DNA of 64,000 bases from the NCBI GenBank assembly GCA_043228905.1, contig JBHGNT010000113.1, positions 18,064 through 82,063 on the forward strand, in the 5' to 3' direction. The DNA is from Azolla caroliniana (Eukaryota; Plantae; Polypodiophyta). Of this stretch, positions 10,860 through 23,188 are shown in pieces. Made by a program: the position numbers and the translations under genes. Numbering within the stretch: position 1 is the first letter of the stretch; every line of letters begins with the position of its first letter. The notes beneath the pieces are model-generated. The model searched no databases. It saw only the letters and a program-made list of their open reading frames with translations, and was not told the DNA's origin.

Positions 10860-11645
10860 ATGGCAAAGCTTACTTCCGTATTCCTCATGGCCGTGATCAT
10901 GCTCGCCGCGTGTACCGCGGCCAATGCTAGGTCTGTAGGGCGGGACCGTGAAGAGGAGCGACGCGATCGACGTCGTGAGGGAGACATTGACGAGGAGAGG
11001 CGCGATCGACGCCGAGAGGGGGAGTGCGATGACGAGAGGCGCGAGCGACGTCGTGAGGGGTTCCTTGAGGAGGGGCGCCGCTACAGAGACAACAAGAGAG
11101 ACTCCGAAGAGGAAAGGGAACGTCGTAGCCGTGGTCGCGATGAGCCACGTGACGAGGAACTGAGGCGAGAGTGCGGTGATTTCATCGACAAGCAGATCCG
11201 AGAGCTACAAGAGCGCTCCGAAAGAGAGGAAGGTGAACAAGGACGTCGCTCCCCATGGATCGAAAACACTCGATACTCAAGACCCTCGGAACGGTGCTGC
11301 AGGAACGTCGAACGAATCCCCGCCGAAGATCGATGCGATCGCCTACGTGATGCCTTGTATGCTGACGAGGAGGAACGACGCAATGATGAAGGCCGACGCC
11401 ATGGCCAACAATCAAGGGAACACCGTAGCTGGGAGGAAGAGGACGAGGAGCGCGAGAGAGATAGCAGCCGTGAGCGACGAGAGGGTGACGAACGCCGCCA
11501 CCGCATGTCTCGACGACAAGAGGACGAACGTCAACAACGTCGCCAATTCAAGGCCGATGACGAGGAAAGAGCTCTAGGCGTCGCCGCCTCCCGCCTACTC
11601 CAACAGTGCGATCTTCGCCCTCGTGCTTGTATTCGTCGCTTCTAA
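10860..11645 (+). CDS. 2S-albumin-like storage protein (copy 7)
   Basis: Intact 261-aa ORF, consensus protein. Confidence 0.85.
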   Translation: MAKLTSVFLMAVIMLAACTAANARSVGRDREEERRDRRREGDIDEERRDRRREGECDDERRERRREGFLEEGRRYRDNKRDSEEERERRSRGRDEPRDEELRRECGDFIDKQIRELQERSEREEGEQGRRSPWIENTRYSRPSERCCRNVERIPAEDRCDRLRDALYADEEERRNDEGRRHGQQSREHRSWEEEDEERERDSSRERREGDERRHRMSRRQEDERQQRRQFKADDEERALGVAASRLLQQCDLRPRACIRRF

Positions 11646-12508
11646 ATAGTACATAAACCTTGTTCAAATTATTCTCGTGGTCTCTCTCTAATTTCTCGTA
11701 AGTGTTTACGAACAAGTGCGTCTCCACAATCGCGCATTACACCCACACGAACGTAAACACGAGCACCAACGTCCCTCCAACACGAACGTAAACACGACCA
11801 CCAACGTATAGAATTTGCCAATAGGGGACCGCAAACCACCCAAACGGAAAAAAAATATCAAAGCAGAACACCCATACCGCACACGCCACGGCAACGGCTA
11901 AGGTCAACTTGTACACGCGGCGAATGTGAACTTGCTTCCACACTTGCCCGATAGGACACTCCTAGTGTGGTAGTCCGGTTAGCTTTCCTTGTCGTCGTCG
12001 TTACCAACCCCTCGTCCGAACGAGCGAGTACGGACACCGGTCTATCTACGTTCATCGATGTAGCACACTCGGGAGCCACCACTCGTCCCGCAGTAGCCTC
12101 CGCGTGCTTAGTGTCTCGGCACTAGCGCGTGCTAGTTTAATGTGCACGTGCCCGCACACCCCTACGCGCACGCGCGAGTGCGCACATCTACCTACGTATG
12201 TATAAATGTTATGTTGCTCGACAAGCTCTCGCGCGAGGAGGAGGAGGAGTACCCGCCACAGGTTGCGCCCAGATTGTCTGGTGACAATACGACACCTAGG
12301 ACTAGCCTAGACGTGTGGGAGGGTGGACTAGTTGGTATGGGTCTTGGGCAAGAGTTGTACGCAGGGACACACACGTTATGGTAATGGGAGTGGTGAGTGA
12401 CATGCATGTGCTCTGATTGCATGGCCATGTGTATATATTAAAGGTGGAGGGAGCAATGTCAATACAATCCATTAGGAGACAAGCACCGGGATCATAAGGA
12501 CAATCGCA

Positions 12509-13294
12509 ATGGCAAAGCTTACTTCCGTATTCCTCATGGCCGTGATCATGCTCGCCGCGTGTACCGCGGCCAATGCTAGGTCTGTAGGGCGGAACCGTGA
12601 AGAGGAGCGACGCGATCGACGTCGTGAGGGAGACATTGACGAGGAGAGGCGCGATCGACGCCGAGAGGGGGAGTGCGATGACGAGAGGCGCGAGCGACGT
12701 CGTGAGGGGTTCCTTGAGGAGGGGCGCCGCTACAGAGACAACAAGAGAGACTCCGAAGAGGAAAGGGAACGTCGTAGCCGTGGTCGCGATGAGCCACGTG
12801 ACGAGGAACTGAGGCGAGAGTGCGGTGATTTCATCGACAAGCAGATCCGAGAGCTACAAGAGCGCTCCGAAAGAGAGGAAGGTGAACAAGGACGTCGCTC
12901 CCCATGGATCGAAAACACTCGATACTCAAGACCCTCGGAACGGTGCTGCAGGAACGTCGAACGAATCCCCGCCGAAGATCGATGCGATCGCCTACGTGAT
13001 GCCTTGTATGCTGACGAGGAGGAACGACGCAATGATGAGGGCCGACGCCATGGCCAACAATCAAGGGAACACCGTAGCTGGGAGGAAGAGGACGAGGAGC
13101 GCGAGAGAGATAGCAGCCGTGAGCGACGAGAGGGTGACGAACGCCGCCACCGCATGTCTCGACGACAAGAGGACGAACGTCAACAACGTCGCCAATTCAA
13201 GGCCGATGACGAGGAAAGAGCTCTAGGCGTCGCCGCCTCCCGCCTACTCCAACAGTGCGATCTTCGCCCTCGTGCTTGTATTCGTCGCTTCTAA
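12509..13294 (+). CDS. 2S-albumin-like storage protein (copy 8, D29N)
   Basis: Intact 261-aa ORF; GRNRE instead of GRDRE. Confidence 0.85.
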   Translation: MAKLTSVFLMAVIMLAACTAANARSVGRNREEERRDRRREGDIDEERRDRRREGECDDERRERRREGFLEEGRRYRDNKRDSEEERERRSRGRDEPRDEELRRECGDFIDKQIRELQERSEREEGEQGRRSPWIENTRYSRPSERCCRNVERIPAEDRCDRLRDALYADEEERRNDEGRRHGQQSREHRSWEEEDEERERDSSRERREGDERRHRMSRRQEDERQQRRQFKADDEERALGVAASRLLQQCDLRPRACIRRF

Positions 13295-14157
13295 ATAGTA
13301 CATAAACCTTGTTCAAATTATTCTCGTGGTCTCTCTCTAATTTCTCGTAAGTGTTTACGAACAAGTGCGTCTCCCCAATCGCGCATTACACCCACACGAA
13401 CGTAAACACGAGCACCAACGTCCCTCCAACACGAACGTAAACACGACCACCAACGTATAGAATTTGCCTATAGGGGACCGCAAACCACCCAAACGGAAAA
13501 AAAATATCAAAGCAGAACACCCATACCGCACACGCCACGGCAACGGCTAAGGTCAACTTGTACACGCGGCGAATGTGAACTTGCTTCCACACTTGCCCGA
13601 TAGGACACTCCTAGTGTGGTAGTCCGGTTAGCTTTCCTTGTCGTCGTCGTTACCAACCCCTCGTCCGAACGAGCGAGTACGGACACCGGTCTATCTACGT
13701 TCATCGATGTAGCACACTCGGGAGCCACCACTCGTCCCGCAGTAGCCTCCGCGTGCTTAGTGTCTCGGCACTAGCGCGTGCTAGTTTAATGTGCACGTGC
13801 CCGCACACCCCTACGCGCACGCGCGAGTGCGCACATCTACCTACGTATGTATAAATGTTATGTTGCTCGACAAGCTCTCGCGCGAGGAGGAGGAGGAGTA
13901 CCCGCCACAGGTTGCGCCCAGATTGTCTGGTGACAATACGACACCTAGGACTAGCCTAGACGTGTGGGAGGGTGGACTAGTTGGTATGGGTCTTGGGCAA
14001 GAGTTGTACGCAGGGACACACACGTTATGGTAATGGGAGTGGTGAGTGACATGCATGTGCTCTGATTGCATGGCCATGTGTATATATTAAAGGTGGAGGG
14101 AGCAATGTCAATACAATCCATTAGGAGACAAGCACCGGGATCATAAGGACAATCGCA

Positions 14158-14943
14158 ATGGCAAAGCTTACTTCCGTATTCCTCATGGCCGTGATCATGC
14201 TCGCCGCGTGTACCGCGGCCAATGCTAGGTCTGTAGGGCGGGACCGTGAAGAGGAGCGACGCGATCGACGTCGTGAGGGAGACATTGACGAGGAGAGGCG
14301 CGATCGACGCCGAGAGGGGGAGTGCGATGACGAGAGGCGCGAGCGACGTCGTGAGGGGTTCCTTGAGGAGGGGCGCCGCTACAGAGACAACAAGAGAGAC
14401 TCCGAAGAGGAAAGGGAACGTCGTAGCCGTGGTCGCGATGAGCCACGTGACGAGGAACTGAGGCGAGAGTGCGGTGATTTCATCGACAAGCAGATCCGAG
14501 AGCTACAAGAGCGCTCCGAAAGAGAGGAAGGTGAACAAGGACGTCGCTCCCCATGGATCGAAAACACTCGATACTCAAGACCCTCGGAACGGTGCTGCAG
14601 GAACGTCGAACGAATCCCCGCCGAAGATCGATGCGATCGCCTACGTGATGCCTTGTATGCTGACGAGGAGGAACGACGCAATGATGAAGGCCGACGCCAT
14701 GGCCAACAATCAAGGGAACACCGTAGCTGGGAGGAAGAGGACGAGGAGCGCGAGAGAGATAGCAGCCGTGAGCGACGAGAGGGTGACGAACGCCGCCACC
14801 GCATGTCTCGACGACAAGAGGACGAACGTCAACAACGTCGCCAATTCAAGGCCGATGACGAGGAAAGAGCTCTAGGCGTCGCCGCCTCCCGCCTACTCCA
14901 ACAGTGCGATCTTCGCCCTCGTGCTTGTATTCGTCGCTTCTAA
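14158..14943 (+). CDS. 2S-albumin-like storage protein (copy 9)
   Basis: Intact 261-aa ORF, consensus protein. Confidence 0.85.
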   Translation: MAKLTSVFLMAVIMLAACTAANARSVGRDREEERRDRRREGDIDEERRDRRREGECDDERRERRREGFLEEGRRYRDNKRDSEEERERRSRGRDEPRDEELRRECGDFIDKQIRELQERSEREEGEQGRRSPWIENTRYSRPSERCCRNVERIPAEDRCDRLRDALYADEEERRNDEGRRHGQQSREHRSWEEEDEERERDSSRERREGDERRHRMSRRQEDERQQRRQFKADDEERALGVAASRLLQQCDLRPRACIRRF

Positions 14944-15806
14944 ATAGTACATAAACCTTGTTCAAATTATTCTCGTGGTCTCTCTCTAATTTCTCGTAAG
15001 TGTTTACGAACAAGTGCGTCTCCCCCATCGCGCATTACACCCACACGAACGTAAACACGAGCACCAACGTCCCTCCAACACGAACGTAAACACGACCACC
15101 AACGTATAGAATTTGCCTATAGGGGACCGCAAACCACCCAAACGGAAAAAAAATATCAAAGCAGAACACCCATACCGCACACGCCACGGCAACGGCTAAG
15201 GTCAACTTGTACACGCGGCGAATGTGAACTTGCTTCCACACTTGCCCGATAGGACACTCCTAGTGTGGTAGTCCGGTTAGCTTTCCTTGTCGTCGTCGTT
15301 ACCAACCCCTCGTCCGAACGAGCGAGTACGGACACCGGTCTATCTACGTTCATCGATGTAGCACACTCGGGAGCCACCACTCGTCCCGCAGTAGCCTCCG
15401 CGTGCTTAGTGTCTCGGCACTAGCGCGTGCTAGTTTAATGTGCACGTGCCCGCACACCCCTACGCGCACGCGCGAGTGCGCACATCTACCTACGTATGTA
15501 TAAATGTTATGTTGCTCGACAAGCTCTCGCGCGAGGAGGAGGAGGAGTACCCGCCACAGGTTGCGCCCAGATTGTCTGGTGACAATACGACACCTAGGAC
15601 TAGCCTAGACGTGTGGGAGGGTGGACTAGTTGGTATGGGTCTTGGGCAAGAGTTGTACGCAGGGACACACACGTTATGGTAATGGGAGTGGTGAGTGACA
15701 TGCATGTGCTCTGATTGCATGGCCATGTGTATATATTAAAGGTGGAGGGAGCAATGTCAATACAATCCATTAGGAGACAAGCACCGGGATCATAAGGACA
15801 ATCGCA

Positions 15807-16592
15807 ATGGCAAAGCTTACTTCCGTATTCCTCATGGCCGTGATCATGCTCGCCGCGTGTACCGCGGCCAATGCTAGGTCTGTAGGGCGGGACCGTGAAG
15901 AGGAGCGACGCGATCGACGTCGTGAGGGAGACATTGACGAGGAGAGGCGCGATCGACGCCGAGAGGGGGAGTGCGATGACGAGAGGCGCGAGCGACGTCG
16001 TGAGGGGTTCCTTGAGGAGGGGCGCCGCTACAGAGACAACAAGAGAGACTCCGAAGAGGAAAGGGAACGTCGTAGCCGTGGTCGCGATGAGCCACGTGAC
16101 GAGGAACTGAGGCGAGAGTGCGGTGATTTCATCGACAAGCAGATCCGAGAGCTACAAGAGCGCTCCGAAAGAGAGGAAGGTGAACAAGGACGTCGCTCCC
16201 CATGGATCGAAAACACTCGATACTCAAGACCCTCGGAACGGTGCTGCAGGAACGTCGAACGAATCCCCGCCGAAGATCGATGCGATCGCCTACGTGATGC
16301 CTTGTATGCTGACGAGGAGGAACGACGCAATGATGAAGGCCGACGCCATGGCCAACAATCAAGGGAACACCGTAGCTGGGAGGAAGAGGACGAGGAGCGC
16401 GAGAGAGATAGCAGCCGTGAGCGACGAGAGGGTGACGAACGCCGCCACCGCATGTCTCGACGACAAGAGGACGAACGTCAACAACGTCGCCAATTCAAGG
16501 CCGATGACGAGGAAAGAGCTCTAGGCGTCGCCGCCTCCCGCCTACTCCAACAGTGCGATCTTCGCCCTCGTGCTTGTATTCGTCGCTTCTAA
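15807..16592 (+). CDS. 2S-albumin-like storage protein (copy 10)
   Basis: Intact 261-aa ORF, consensus protein. Confidence 0.85.
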   Translation: MAKLTSVFLMAVIMLAACTAANARSVGRDREEERRDRRREGDIDEERRDRRREGECDDERRERRREGFLEEGRRYRDNKRDSEEERERRSRGRDEPRDEELRRECGDFIDKQIRELQERSEREEGEQGRRSPWIENTRYSRPSERCCRNVERIPAEDRCDRLRDALYADEEERRNDEGRRHGQQSREHRSWEEEDEERERDSSRERREGDERRHRMSRRQEDERQQRRQFKADDEERALGVAASRLLQQCDLRPRACIRRF

Positions 16593-17455
16593 ATAGTACA
16601 TAAACCTTGTTCAAATTATTCTCGTGGTCTCTCTCTAATTTCTCGTAAGTGTTTACGAACAAGTGCGTCTCCCCAATCGCGCATTACACCCACACGAACG
16701 TAAACACGAGCACCAACGTCCCTCCAACACGAACGTAAACACGACCACCAACGTATAGAATTTGCCTATAGGGGACCGCAAACCACCCAAACGGAAAAAA
16801 AATATCAAAGCAGAACACCCATACCGCACACGCCACGTCAACGGCTAAGGTCAACTTGTACACGCGGCGAATGTGAACTTGCTTCCACACTTGCCCGATA
16901 GGACACTCCTAGTGTGGTAGTCCGGTTAGCTTTCCTTGTCGTCGTCGTTACCAACCCCTCGTCCGAACGAGCGAGTACGGACACCGGTCTATCTACGTTC
17001 ATCGATGTAGCACACTCGGGAGCCACCACTCGTCCCGCAGTAGCCTCCGCGTGCTTAGTGTCTCGGCACTAGCGCGTGCTAGTTTAATGTGCACGTGCCC
17101 GCACACCCCTACGCGCACGCGCGAGTGCGCACATCTACCTACGTATGTATAAATGTTATGTTGCTCGACAAGCTCTCGCGCGAGGAGGAGGAGGAGTACC
17201 CGCCACAGGTTGCGCCCAGATTGTCTGGTGACAATACGACACCTAGGACTAGCCTAGACGTGTGGGAGGGTGGACTAGTTGGTATGGGTCTTGGGCAAGA
17301 GTTGTACGCAGGGACACACACGTTATGGTAATGGGAGTGGTGAGTGACATGCATGTGCTCTGATTGCATGGCCATGTGTATATATTAAAGGTGGAGGGAG
17401 CAATGTCAATACAATCCATTAGGAGACAAGCACCGGGATCATAAGGACAATCGCA

Positions 17456-18241
17456 ATGGCAAAGCTTACTTCCGTATTCCTCATGGCCGTGATCATGCTC
17501 GCCGCGTGTACCGCGGCCAATGCTAGGTCTGTAGGGCGGGACCGTGAAGAGGAGCGACGCGATCGACGTCGTGAGGGAGACATTGACGAGGAGAGGCGCG
17601 ATCGACGCCGAGAGGGGGAGTGCGATGACGAGAGGCGCGAGCGACGTCGTGAGGGGTTCCTTGAGGAGGGGCGCCGCTACAGAGACAACAAGAGAGACTC
17701 CGAAGAGGAAAGGGAACGTCGTAGCCGTGGTCGCGATGAGCCACGTGACGAGGAACTGAGGCGAGAGTGCGGTGATTTCATCGACAAGCAGATCCGAGAG
17801 CTACAAGAGAGCTCCGAAAGAGAGGAAGGTGAACAAGGACGTCGCTCCCCATGGATCGAAAACACTCGATACTCAAGACCCTCGGAACGGTGCTGCAGGA
17901 ACGTCGAACGAATCCCCGCCGAAGATCGATGCGATCGCCTACGTGATGCCTTGTATGCTGACGAGGAGGAACGACGCAATGATGAAGGCCGACGCCATGG
18001 CCAACAATCAAGGGAACACCGTAGCTGGGAGGAAGAGGACGAGGAGCGCGAGAGAGATAGCAGCCGTGAGCGACGAGAGGGTGACGAACGCCGCCACCGC
18101 ATGTCTCGACGACAAGAGGACGAACGTCAACAACGTCGCCAATTCAAGGCCGATGACGAGGAAAGAGCTCTAGGCGTCGCCGCCTCCCGCCTACTCCAAC
18201 AGTGCGATCTTCGCCCTCGTGCTTGTATTCGTCGCTTCTAA
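17456..18241 (+). CDS. 2S-albumin-like storage protein (copy 11, R119S)
   Basis: Intact 261-aa ORF; LQESSE instead of LQERSE. Confidence 0.85.
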   Translation: MAKLTSVFLMAVIMLAACTAANARSVGRDREEERRDRRREGDIDEERRDRRREGECDDERRERRREGFLEEGRRYRDNKRDSEEERERRSRGRDEPRDEELRRECGDFIDKQIRELQESSEREEGEQGRRSPWIENTRYSRPSERCCRNVERIPAEDRCDRLRDALYADEEERRNDEGRRHGQQSREHRSWEEEDEERERDSSRERREGDERRHRMSRRQEDERQQRRQFKADDEERALGVAASRLLQQCDLRPRACIRRF

Positions 18242-19104
18242 ATAGTACATAAACCTTGTTCAAATTATTCTCGTGGTCTCTCTCTAATTTCTCGTAAGTG
18301 TTTACGAACAAGTGCGTCTCCCCAATCGCGCATTACACCCACACGAACGTAAACACGAGCACCAACGTCCCTCCAACACGAACGTAAACACGACCACCAA
18401 CGTATAGAATTTGCCTATAGGGGACCGCAAACCACCCAAACGGAAAAAAAATATCAAAGCAGAACACCCATACCGCACACGCCACGGCAACGGCTAAGGT
18501 CAACTTGTACACGCGGCGAATGTGAACTTGCTTCCACACTTGCCCGATAGGACACTCCTAGTGTGGTAGTCCGGTTAGCTTTCCTTGTCGTCGTCGTTAC
18601 CAACCCCTCGTCCGAACGAGCGAGTACGGACACCGGTCTATCTACGTTCATCGATGTAGCACACTCGGGAGCCACCACTCGTCCCGCAGTAGCCTCCGCG
18701 TGCTTAGTGTCTCGGCACTAGCGCGTGCTAGTTTAATGTGCACGTGCCCGCACACCCCTACGCGCACGCGCGAGTGCGCACATCTACCTACGTATGTATA
18801 AATGTTATGTTGCTCGACAAGCTCTCGCGCGAGGAGGAGGAGGAGTACCCGCCACAGGTTGCGCCCAGATTGTCTGGTGACAATACGACACCTAGGACTA
18901 GCCTAGACGTGTGGGAGGGTGGACTAGTTGGTATGGGTCTTGGGCAAGAGTTGTACGCAGGGACACACACGTTATGGTAATGGGAGTGGTGAGTGACATG
19001 CATGTGCTCTGATTGCATGGCCATGTGTATATATTAAAGGTGGAGGGAGCAATGTCAATACAATCCATTAGGAGACAAGCACCGGGATCATAAGGACAAT
19101 CGCA

Positions 19105-19890
19105 ATGGCAAAGCTTACTTCCGTATTCCTCATGGCCGTGATCATGCTCGCCGCGTGTACCGCGGCCAATGCTAGGTCTGTAGGGCGGGACCGTGAAGAG
19201 GAGCGACGCGATCGACGTCGTGAGGGAGACATTGACGAGGAGAGGCGCGATCGACGCCGAGAGGGGGAGTGCGATGACGAGAGGCGCGAGCGACGTCGTG
19301 AGGGGTTCCTTGAGGAGGGGCGCCGCTACAGAGACAACAAGAGAGACTCCGAAGAGGAAAGGGAACGTCGTAGCCGTGGTCGCGATGAGCCACGTGACGA
19401 GGAACTGAGGCGAGAGTGCGGTGATTTCATCGACAAGCAGATCCGAGAGCTACAAGAGCGCTCCGAAAGAGAGGAAGGTGAACAAGGACGTCGCTCCCCA
19501 TGGATCGAAAACACTCGATACTCAAGACCCTCGGAACGGTGCTGCAGGAACGTCGAACGAATCCCCGCCGAAGATCGATGCGATCGCCTACGTGATGCCT
19601 TGTATGCTGACGAGGAGGAACGACGCAATGATGAAGGCCGACGCCATGGCCAACAATCAAGGGAACACCGTAGCTGGGAGGAAGAGGACGAGGAGCGCGA
19701 GAGAGATAGCAGCCGTGAGCGACGAGAGGGTGACGAACGCCGCCACCGCATGTCTCGACGACAAGAGGACGAACGTCAACAACGTCGCCAATTCAAGGCC
19801 GATGACGAGGAAAGAGCTCTAGGCGTCGCCGCCTCCCGCCTACTCCAACAGTGCGATCTTCGCCCTCGTGCTTGTATTCGTCGCTTCTAA
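19105..19890 (+). CDS. 2S-albumin-like storage protein (copy 12)
   Basis: Intact 261-aa ORF, consensus protein. Confidence 0.85.
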   Translation: MAKLTSVFLMAVIMLAACTAANARSVGRDREEERRDRRREGDIDEERRDRRREGECDDERRERRREGFLEEGRRYRDNKRDSEEERERRSRGRDEPRDEELRRECGDFIDKQIRELQERSEREEGEQGRRSPWIENTRYSRPSERCCRNVERIPAEDRCDRLRDALYADEEERRNDEGRRHGQQSREHRSWEEEDEERERDSSRERREGDERRHRMSRRQEDERQQRRQFKADDEERALGVAASRLLQQCDLRPRACIRRF

Positions 19891-20753
19891 ATAGTACATA
19901 AACCTTGTTCAAATTATTCTCGTGGTCTCTCTCTAATTTCTCGTAAGTGTTTACGAACAAGTGCGTCTCCCCAATCGCGCATTACACCCACACGAACGTA
20001 AACACGAGCACCAACGTCCCTCCAACACGAACGTAAACACGACCACCAACGTATAGAATTTGCCTATAGGGGACCGCAAACCACCCAAACGGAAAAAAAA
20101 TATCAAAGCAGAACACCCATACCGCACACGCCACGGCAACGGCTAAGGTCAACTTGTACACGCGGCGAATGTGAACTTGCTTCCACACTTGCCCGATAGG
20201 ACACTCCTAGTGTGGTAGTCCGGTTAGCTTTCCTTGTCGTCGTCGTTACCAACCCCTCGTCCGAACGAGCGAGTACGGACACCGGTCTATCTACGTTCAT
20301 CGATGTAGCACACTCGGGAGCCACCACTCGTCCCGCAGTAGCCTCCGCGTGCTTAGTGTCTCGGCACTAGCGCGTGCTAGTTTAATGTGCACGTGCCCGC
20401 ACACCCCTACGCGCACGCGCGAGTGCGCACATCTACCTACGTATGTATAAATGTTATGTTGCTCGACAAGCTCTCGCGCGAGGAGGAGGAGGAGTACCCG
20501 CCACAGGTTGCGCCCAGATTGTCTGGTGACAATACGACACCTAGGACTAGCCTAGACGTGTGGGAGGGTGGACTAGTTGGTATGGGTCTTGGGCAAGAGT
20601 TGTACGCAGGGACACACACGTTATGGTAATGGGAGTGGTGAGTGACATGCATGTGCTCTGATTGCATGGCCATGTGTATATATTAAAGGTGGAGGGAGCA
20701 ATGTCAATACAATCCATTAGGAGACAAGCACCGGGATCATAAGGACAATCGCA

Positions 20754-21539
20754 ATGGCAAAGCTTACTTCCGTATTCCTCATGGCCGTGATCATGCTCGC
20801 CGCGTGTACCGCGGCCAATGCTAGGTCTGTAGGGCGGGACCGTGAAGAGGAGCGACGCGATCGACGTCGTGAGGGAGACATTGACGAGGAGAGGCGCGAT
20901 CGACGCCGAGAGGGGGAGTGCGATGACGAGAGGCGCGAGCGACGTCGTGAGGGGTTCCTTGAGGAGGGGCGCCGCTACAGAGACAACAAGAGAGACTCCG
21001 AAGAGGAAAGGGAACGTCGTAGCCGTGGTCGCGATGAGCCACGTGACGAGGAACTGAGGCGAGAGTGCGGTGATTTCATCGACAAGCAGATCCGAGAGCT
21101 ACAAGAGAGCTCCGAAAGAGAGGAAGGTGAACAAGGACGTCGCTCCCCATGGATCGAAAACACTCGATACTCAAGACCCTCGGAACGGTGCTGCAGGAAC
21201 GTCGAACGAATCCCCGCCGAAGATCGATGCGATCGCCTACGTGATGCCTTGTATGCTGACGAGGAGGAACGACGCAATGATGAAGGCCGACGCCATGGCC
21301 AACAATCAAGGGAACACCGTAGCTGGGAGGAAGAGGACGAGGAGCGCGAGAGAGATAGCAGCCGTGAGCGACGAGAGGGTGACGAACGCCGCCACCGCAT
21401 GTCTCGACGACAAGAGGACGAACGTCAACAACGTCGCCAATTCAAGGCCGATGACGAGGAAAGAGCTCTAGGCGTCGCCGCCTCCCGCCTACTCCAACAG
21501 TGCGATCTTCGCCCTCGTGCTTGTATTCGTCGCTTCTAA
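20754..21539 (+). CDS. 2S-albumin-like storage protein (copy 13, R119S)
   Basis: Intact 261-aa ORF; shares R119S with copy 11. Confidence 0.85.
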   Translation: MAKLTSVFLMAVIMLAACTAANARSVGRDREEERRDRRREGDIDEERRDRRREGECDDERRERRREGFLEEGRRYRDNKRDSEEERERRSRGRDEPRDEELRRECGDFIDKQIRELQESSEREEGEQGRRSPWIENTRYSRPSERCCRNVERIPAEDRCDRLRDALYADEEERRNDEGRRHGQQSREHRSWEEEDEERERDSSRERREGDERRHRMSRRQEDERQQRRQFKADDEERALGVAASRLLQQCDLRPRACIRRF

Positions 21540-22402
21540 ATAGTACATAAACCTTGTTCAAATTATTCTCGTGGTCTCTCTCTAATTTCTCGTAAGTGTT
21601 TACGAACAAGTGCGTCTCCCCAATCGCGCATTACACCCACACGAACGTAAACACGAGCACCAACGTCCCTCCAACACGAACGTAAACACGACCACCAACG
21701 TATAGAATTTGCCTATAGGGGACCGCAAACCACCCAAACGGAAAAAAAATATCAAAGCAGAACACCCATACCGCACACGCCACGGCAACGGCTAAGGTCA
21801 ACTTGTACACGCGGCGAATGTGAACTTGCTTCCACACTTGCCCGATAGGACACTCCTAGTGTGGTAGTCCGGTTAGCTTTCCTTGTCGTCGTCGTTACCA
21901 ACCCCTCGTCCGAACGAGCGAGTACGGACACCGGTCTATCTACGTTCATCGATGTAGCACACTCGGGAGCCACCACTCGTCCCGCAGTAGCCTCCGCGTG
22001 CTTAGTGTCTCGGCACTAGCGCGTGCTAGTTTAATGTGCACGTGCCCGCACACCCCTACGCGCACGCGCGAGTGCGCACATCTACCTACGTATGTATAAA
22101 TGTTATGTTGCTCGACAAGCTCTCGCGCGAGGAGGAGGAGGAGTACCCGCCACAGGTTGCGCCCAGATTGTCTGGTGACAATACGACACCTAGGACTAGC
22201 CTAGACGTGTGGGAGGGTGGACTAGTTGGTATGGGTCTTGGGCAAGAGTTGTACGCAGGGACACACACGTTATGGTAATGGGAGTGGTGAGTGACATGCA
22301 TGTGCTCTGATTGCATGGCCATGTGTATATATTAAAGGTGGAGGGAGCAATGTCAATACAATCCATTAGGAGACAAGCACCGGGATCATAAGGACAATCG
22401 CA

Positions 22403-23188
22403 ATGGCAAAGCTTACTTCCGTATTCCTCATGGCCGTGATCATGCTCGCCGCGTGTACCGCGGCCAATGCTAGGTCTGTAGGGCGGGACCGTGAAGAGGA
22501 GCGACGCGATCGACGTCGTGAGGGAGACATTGACGAGGAGAGGCGCGATCGACGCCGAGAGGGGGAGTGCGATGACGAGAGGCGCGAGCGACGTCGTGAG
22601 GGGTTCCTTGAGGAGGGGCGCCGCTACAGAGACAACAAGAGAGACTCCGAAGAGGAAAGGGAACGTCGTAGCCGTGGTCGCGATGAGCCACGTGACGAGG
22701 AACTGAGGCGAGAGTGCGGTGATTTCATCGACAAGCAGATCCGAGAGCTACAAGAGCGCTCCGAAAGAGAGGAAGGTGAACAAGGACGTCGCTCCCCATG
22801 GATCGAAAACACTCGATACTCAAGACCCTCGGAACGGTGCTGCAGGAACGTCGAACGAATCCCCGCCGAAGATCGATGCGATCGCCTACGTGATGCCTTG
22901 TATGCTGACGAGGAGGAACGACGCAATGATGAAGGCCGACGCCATGGCCAACAATCAAGGGAACACCGTAGCTGGGAGGAAGAGGACGAGGAGCGCGAGA
23001 GAGATAGCAGCCGTGAGCGACGAGAGGGTGACGAACGCCGCCACCGCATGTCTCGACGACAAGAGGACGAACGTCAACAACGTCGCCAATTCAAGGCCGA
23101 TGACGAGGAAAGAGCTCTAGGCGTCGCCGCCTCCCGCCTACTCCAACAGTGCGATCTTCGCCCTCGTGCTTGTATTCGTCGCTTCTAA
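22403..23188 (+). CDS. 2S-albumin-like storage protein (copy 14)
   Basis: Intact 261-aa ORF, consensus protein. Confidence 0.85.
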   Translation: MAKLTSVFLMAVIMLAACTAANARSVGRDREEERRDRRREGDIDEERRDRRREGECDDERRERRREGFLEEGRRYRDNKRDSEEERERRSRGRDEPRDEELRRECGDFIDKQIRELQERSEREEGEQGRRSPWIENTRYSRPSERCCRNVERIPAEDRCDRLRDALYADEEERRNDEGRRHGQQSREHRSWEEEDEERERDSSRERREGDERRHRMSRRQEDERQQRRQFKADDEERALGVAASRLLQQCDLRPRACIRRF

